A stretch of DNA of 26,551 nucleotides from a virus (Duplodnaviria > Caudoviricetes). Positions 24,301 through 26,551 of this stretch are shown here, in pieces. The DNA is taken from positions 1 to 26,551 of the IMG/VR virus record IMGVR_UViG_3300032247_000631, one strand, 5' to 3'. A model generated the notes under the pieces. That model was not told the DNA's origin. It did no database searches and worked only from the letters and a program-made list of their open reading frames with translations. The position numbers were made by a program, and so were the translations under genes. Within the stretch, counting starts at the first letter, position 1, and each line of letters starts with the position of its first letter.

Positions 24301-26551
24301 CTTGATCTTTATCTGGGCTACCGTTTTGCTCTTCAATGACTTGCTGGGCGTAATCAATACGCTCCTTGTTCATGCCAATCTTAGAGTTGATGAAAGCAAC
24401 CGTATTGCTGTATTGCTTCCATTCCATTTCTGCGTTGAAAAAATCTCCCGTTAGAATTTTCTGCTGAATAGAGTCAAGTGCTTTTTTGCGATCAGCAATT
24501 ACTTGCTGGACGGTGGTCGCATCACTGGGCATGAGTCGCTCTTCACGACTGTCGTATTTACTTGGCAAAGTAACTTCTTTGCCGCCCTCTAACTGATTGG
24601 TGATTTCGTTATAACGCTGGTTAACTTCACCAAACTTCGTATTGGCATCTGAAAGGGATTTAGTTAACTGCTCATTAGGTGCATCGCCAGCCTTGCGGAC
24701 TTCTAGGTTAAGGTTGTCAATGTTCCTCTGTGCATCACGACGCTCTTTGGCGGCGGCAATGTACTTCTCTGCCGCCTCTAGTGCGACATCATCACCCTTC
24801 TCAGCCTTGGCAACAGTGCGCTCGAAGCGACTGCTCTTGCCGTCAGCACTGGTTACCACGCCACCAACGTCTCGATCGCCAAGACCAATCGTTAGGCTAT
24901 CTGACTTGAGTTTTTCAACCCGTGCAGTTCTTTCTTTGGCACGAGCCTCGTTCTGCGCTTGCTCAACAGGGTTTGCAGTCTGGGTTTTTGCTTGGTTTTC
25001 AACAAATTTTTGGCGAAGTGGGGCGTTAACACGCTCAATCTGGTCGGCAGTGGCTTTGTTGTAGGCGCTTCTTAGTTGGCGGTCATAAAGATCGCCAGCA
25101 TAGTCCTCACCAAACTTTGACCTGATCATGTCAAGAACAAACTTGGATGCCTCCTTGTACTTGACATACCCCAACTTAGCCGCCGCATCAAACATACGAA
25201 TCAAGATCGGCATGAGTTTTTGTTCTTGCTCAGGAACTATATTTAGTCGTCCGCTTTTTGTGGCGAACATAGCCAAGTCGCCAAGTGCATCATTGAGGTC
25301 TTGTGTCGCTTGGGTTTTTTGTTCTTCTAACGTCAATTCTTTAGGTGGCTGGCTCATGTCTTGAGCCTGTGCCGTGTTAGCACCAGTCTCAATAACACCC
25401 GACTGGCTCATGTTTTGAGCCTCTGATGTGTTAGCAGTTGTTGACTGGCTCATATCCTGAGCCACCCCTGTATCAGTGGAGGCATTTGACTGGCTCACTT
25501 CCTGAGCCTGACCCGTGCTATCCAAGGTTGACTGGCTCACGTCTTGAGCCTGTGGTGCAGTAGGAGTTACAGGCTTTTTGTTAGCCTCAACCTCAGCCCT
25601 GATTCTGGCAATCTCTGCCTCCAATTGAGCGAGATAACTTGGGTCTTCCATTGCCGCATCTGTCTCAGCAGATACGTCCGACTCAGTACGTGGTTTCTTG
25701 CCGGGGAATTTAACCTTGCCACCCTTTGGTGGGTTTGCAATAAATACACTAGCCGCACCCATAAAGTCTTTAGCAAAAGATGGGTCATCGCTGATGATCT
25801 GCTCACCATTTGCCAAAGCCTCTTGGCTGTTCATGGCTACACGGAGTTCTTTCAGAACACCAGTTCTTTCGGCAACCTTGGTGATAAGGTCTTTGTCTGC
25901 CTCCGTACCGTTGTTGTGCAGTGCGGCAAGAAGAGCCACACCATTTTCAGCCTTGGTTGTCTTTTCGATGTCAATTGACTGAAGACGAATGTTGTCTGGT
26001 GCAGTACCAGTAAATGTGGTTTCAGTTTTTCCAGAATTAGTACCGCCGCCTGTGTCGCCAACGGCTTCTGTCTTGCCCATGTTGGTGGCTTGAGTCAGAG
26101 TTCCTGTCTTGTCTAATTTGTTTGTGCCATAGACCTCAGTCACAGACTGAGCCGCACCAGCCAAAGCCTCTATAACGGCTCCCAAAACATCTGACTTTCC
26201 TGTGGCGGCTAGTTCACCCAAGTATTCGCCAACACCTTCACCAAACGTCTCTAAGCCAGCGATAGAGCCGCCACGCATAATGCGCTTGCCGAAGGTATTT
26301 GATGCGTCGTATGCGGCTTTCTGCGCTGACTGCACAGCCTTAACCACATCGGGGCTTGTAAGCCCTTCTCGTGCCGCCGCCTCAAGCGTAGCGTTTTCAA
26401 AATTGGTTTTGGCTAGAGTCTTATCTAAACCACGGGAAGCGTTGACTGCTTGGTCTTGGGCTTCCTTAATTGCAAATGCGGCTTTCTCGGCATTGATGCC
26501 TTGAGATTCGAGCGCCTTAATAGTTGCTGACTCGATTGCCCTTGATGATGT
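18311..26551 (-). CDS. giant internal virion / DNA-ejection polyvalent protein with zincin-like HExxxH motif and C-terminal LPD38 domain (5' partial, >2746 aa)
   Basis: Frame stays open from 26347 to the window edge. TLFHEAYGHLG (HEAYGH at 21739-21722) and EEVLA. C-terminal A....TVNFN.RG...LYLFFN..VQG and IPLPYG...P....P.IE...NEN..G.PIY typical of LPD38. Confidence 0.85.
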   Translation of the reverse strand, partial: TSSRAIESATIKALESQGINAEKAAFAIKEAQDQAVNASRGLDKTLAKTNFENATLEAAAREGLTSPDVVKAVQSAQKAAYDASNTFGKRIMRGGSIAGLETFGEGVGEYLGELAATGKSDVLGAVIEALAGAAQSVTEVYGTNKLDKTGTLTQATNMGKTEAVGDTGGGTNSGKTETTFTGTAPDNIRLQSIDIEKTTKAENGVALLAALHNNGTEADKDLITKVAERTGVLKELRVAMNSQEALANGEQIISDDPSFAKDFMGAASVFIANPPKGGKVKFPGKKPRTESDVSAETDAAMEDPSYLAQLEAEIARIRAEVEANKKPVTPTAPQAQDVSQSTLDSTGQAQEVSQSNASTDTGVAQDMSQSTTANTSEAQNMSQSGVIETGANTAQAQDMSQPPKELTLEEQKTQATQDLNDALGDLAMFATKSGRLNIVPEQEQKLMPILIRMFDAAAKLGYVKYKEASKFVLDMIRSKFGEDYAGDLYDRQLRSAYNKATADQIERVNAPLRQKFVENQAKTQTANPVEQAQNEARAKERTARVEKLKSDSLTIGLGDRDVGGVVTSADGKSSRFERTVAKAEKGDDVALEAAEKYIAAAKERRDAQRNIDNLNLEVRKAGDAPNEQLTKSLSDANTKFGEVNQRYNEITNQLEGGKEVTLPSKYDSREERLMPSDATTVQQVIADRKKALDSIQQKILTGDFFNAEMEWKQYSNTVAFINSKIGMNKERIDYAQQVIEEQNGSPDKDQGLVDRLTSRIKEIEKDNRSLEKDRSDAKNEFKNFLVSFVADNPDSNLNSLVQKYVASNARKNTKDRSFLGKYTTIDFYRGAINQIVRDALNENRELTLSDLMTRPASLSEGLTVKQKAFLNALLDQTSLADVKSLYNEYKAKREEAEANRPPRMSPEGEKFKAELNRIVNGMYEPDTYKTLIQEYRARLDMIYRAINNKPEPGDIDFKSQAGTLTEFDPSIAQDVTKTSKQMLMQMARDLDSDIREAMDTRIESLAKRYNLAADLIASNLYNAKAEAMNSGVPMNEVNEAYNDAMRSFIVGIGYTPYETISASKESRKENKEMSEGEKEARADKMNRVSGGSRYAPTLEQLFGGKPPAWAQGREETQPSQQIQDIIQNTPLDAKTSIEGLVEDIKAGRITEKDALNEIRLSIQDGDFKLSDVKEVFNKANRDLPADFYGVFSNVALNYTLEYWVKKNGGGYEAKDQWLTSYHNSKVKLGKNPDYKDVLTLEPEEEAEYQSWLKEVKGLNSRRNAVGVVTDADVAVLDKFLFSKYTLDQLKNPSSLPEKDQALLKRIGLDQLVREWHRDIEYAMRHYPDLQGEILSFNSNENAKVKGQDAIAHAEWMQEVQRRVEDSIRRDKESSLRGVLGTLQEMGGITSQQYEEFYTALTLADMNEAQAIIDNAIGLSKRMLGETSVTNVMADHVATVMQTDLLSSTTIDDMNSEMAIESFENAAGKRSFRKDFNVADIEDGGSNSADLTENIDGNLLFNDENYSDDYGTDRLRQGAFSGVVSAASVDVWVHDLTKNWEIAPNVQVVANPRQLPEPLRSRVMDKLAGLSNGMGAKGFFDGSTGNIYLFSDYIVSKDDTEFTLFHEAYGHLGMRGFLGKQFDAFLESTYKTNSTIRRLVDSKVKDGMGRLEATEEVLADANTIDQAPSAVKAYVGKVLFGLRKLGFTRVADWLGYVSNAELSYVLSASREWAKNADYQAFNGAPDVIRLNEAYLPYEIFSMRGKTLHAYARFNPITNDWYVFTAPQGDIRNNYSSQVYDNYEDVLAVMQKYGKMERRRRSGFYVDDKIPSDFVEIPRFSDESNMKQWLLRAWQYGQNEYLPVFRLIDHLKQQGRLGDFDLKTALTLYERKTGVMLENFQKKYVTPINNLLEEARKNGASEEIVNQFLVAQTAEERNKAVLQVSPKNPYGSGMAPRTRTKIDGSVIPGYLDILERVEDAPFRDQLYEIGKLLDKMGDAKVDYEVSTGLIKADEGARRKAAYKHYRNLSGINEDLDADSSSDPSVNVGKKFNVKGKDKRALGRGDIAPDVLARTLVGFEASLIRGQKNLVAQKVLALLETNYDPSFVSINEQAKVQKIGSDGFVQLVEDPLYINKKDVMVAKVGGIPVTIRFKESGTGSVAEALHGMVYPPEASPLLSLSGMFNRTMGAMMTTWNALWVPVNFVRDIQTMYNNAVANGKLSKGSANAMIKALPAAMHVTLFAAINDINVKTPAGQKAKNGLLAFVGMRKPSREMYAAYLEAKKEGGLTSFINRNNLEDQIIDIERAINGPKGIEVPIVKIKGLLKFLELVILPLEMAPRVATYKVARDPRFGNMSKPDAAVLAGEITVNFNMRGSGKELRQLYLFFNPAVQGTAGMIKLMYNNKGKFAALAGAWMTFGMMMNMLGRALSGDDDDGINKIDKLPVYKRGTSIVIRADKRGEAIPLPYGWNALYAMGYFPMDSLMYGVPWSVTAKRIAATWFEAFSPVGGSIADASTPAVAVAKTVAPTFILPVIEWMLNENRHGSPIYKSDDYNKTPVPDTQKAFRSVSPISKWTTDKIHALTGGNPFTREGVDINPALIDHIVGSYLPGTINETYKLASTAARQAKGLDVGREKEPLFDRFSAYVPEMKDAETFRKVKDEMGEVINEMKNTPDNSPRKAELNKRFPNVASSWEAIQIVDKNLRAQSSQFNTFERHTEVMRLNGTITPEREAELVAAQNQLKANTKTLYKLATQRFIQAGFRDRLVSGN
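25349..25549 (-). repeat. five AQ(D/E/N)(V/M)SQ peptide repeats in the giant protein
   Basis: AQDVSQS, AQEVSQS, AQDMSQS, AQNMSQS, AQDMSQP with variable linkers. Confidence 0.9.

Noticed and set aside
25349-25549. CRISPR-like array
   Set aside because: Repeats are short, degenerate at codon positions and in frame within a CDS; no cas operon (the Cas4-like gene is a recombination exonuclease).
18746-26504. Numerous short plus-strand and alternate-frame ORFs over the giant gene (and similar shadows over other genes)
   Set aside because: Antisense or out-of-frame shadows without RBS or motifs.
26347-26551. Start of the giant ORF at 26347
   Set aside because: Frame remains open to the window edge, so the true start is outside.
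18311-26551. Virion RNA polymerase (N4/crAss-like)
   Set aside because: No DxDGD or T7-type catalytic motifs recognised in the visible part.

Overview
Half of a temperate, podovirus-like tailed-phage genome, probably infecting a betaproteobacterium (inferred from the tRNA-Lys att core and gene content). Left to right: start of a leftward late/packaging operon (putative terminase small subunit fragment, small ORF, initiator-like tRNA-Met(CAT)); a hairpin-rich non-coding divergence point; a ~6.5 kb rightward early/accessory cassette (DUF6876, amidoligase plus class-II glutamine amidotransferase, DUF932, small ORFs); a leftward replication/late-control module (T7/Twinkle-type primase-helicase, nucleases, RusA, Q-like regulator); a CI-like repressor with a deleted autocleavage domain; a rightward recombination operon (Sak, SSB, PD-(D/E)XK exonuclease, Xis-like, NrdR-like Zn ribbon, DUF3310, small cassettes); tyrosine integrase with attP (3' half of tRNA-Lys(TTT), arm repeats, IHF site); and the 3' part of a >2700-aa LPD38 virion protein. 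The most unusual signals are an unannotated ~145-nt promoter-to-terminator RNA whose segments are complementary to several phage leader/RBS regions, a shared operator network with a non-cleavable CI, a polar 17-bp repeat bracketing the early cassette, and apparent total avoidance of AGCT/GGCC that extends into the tRNA D-stem. All family calls come from motif recognition by eye, not database searches.
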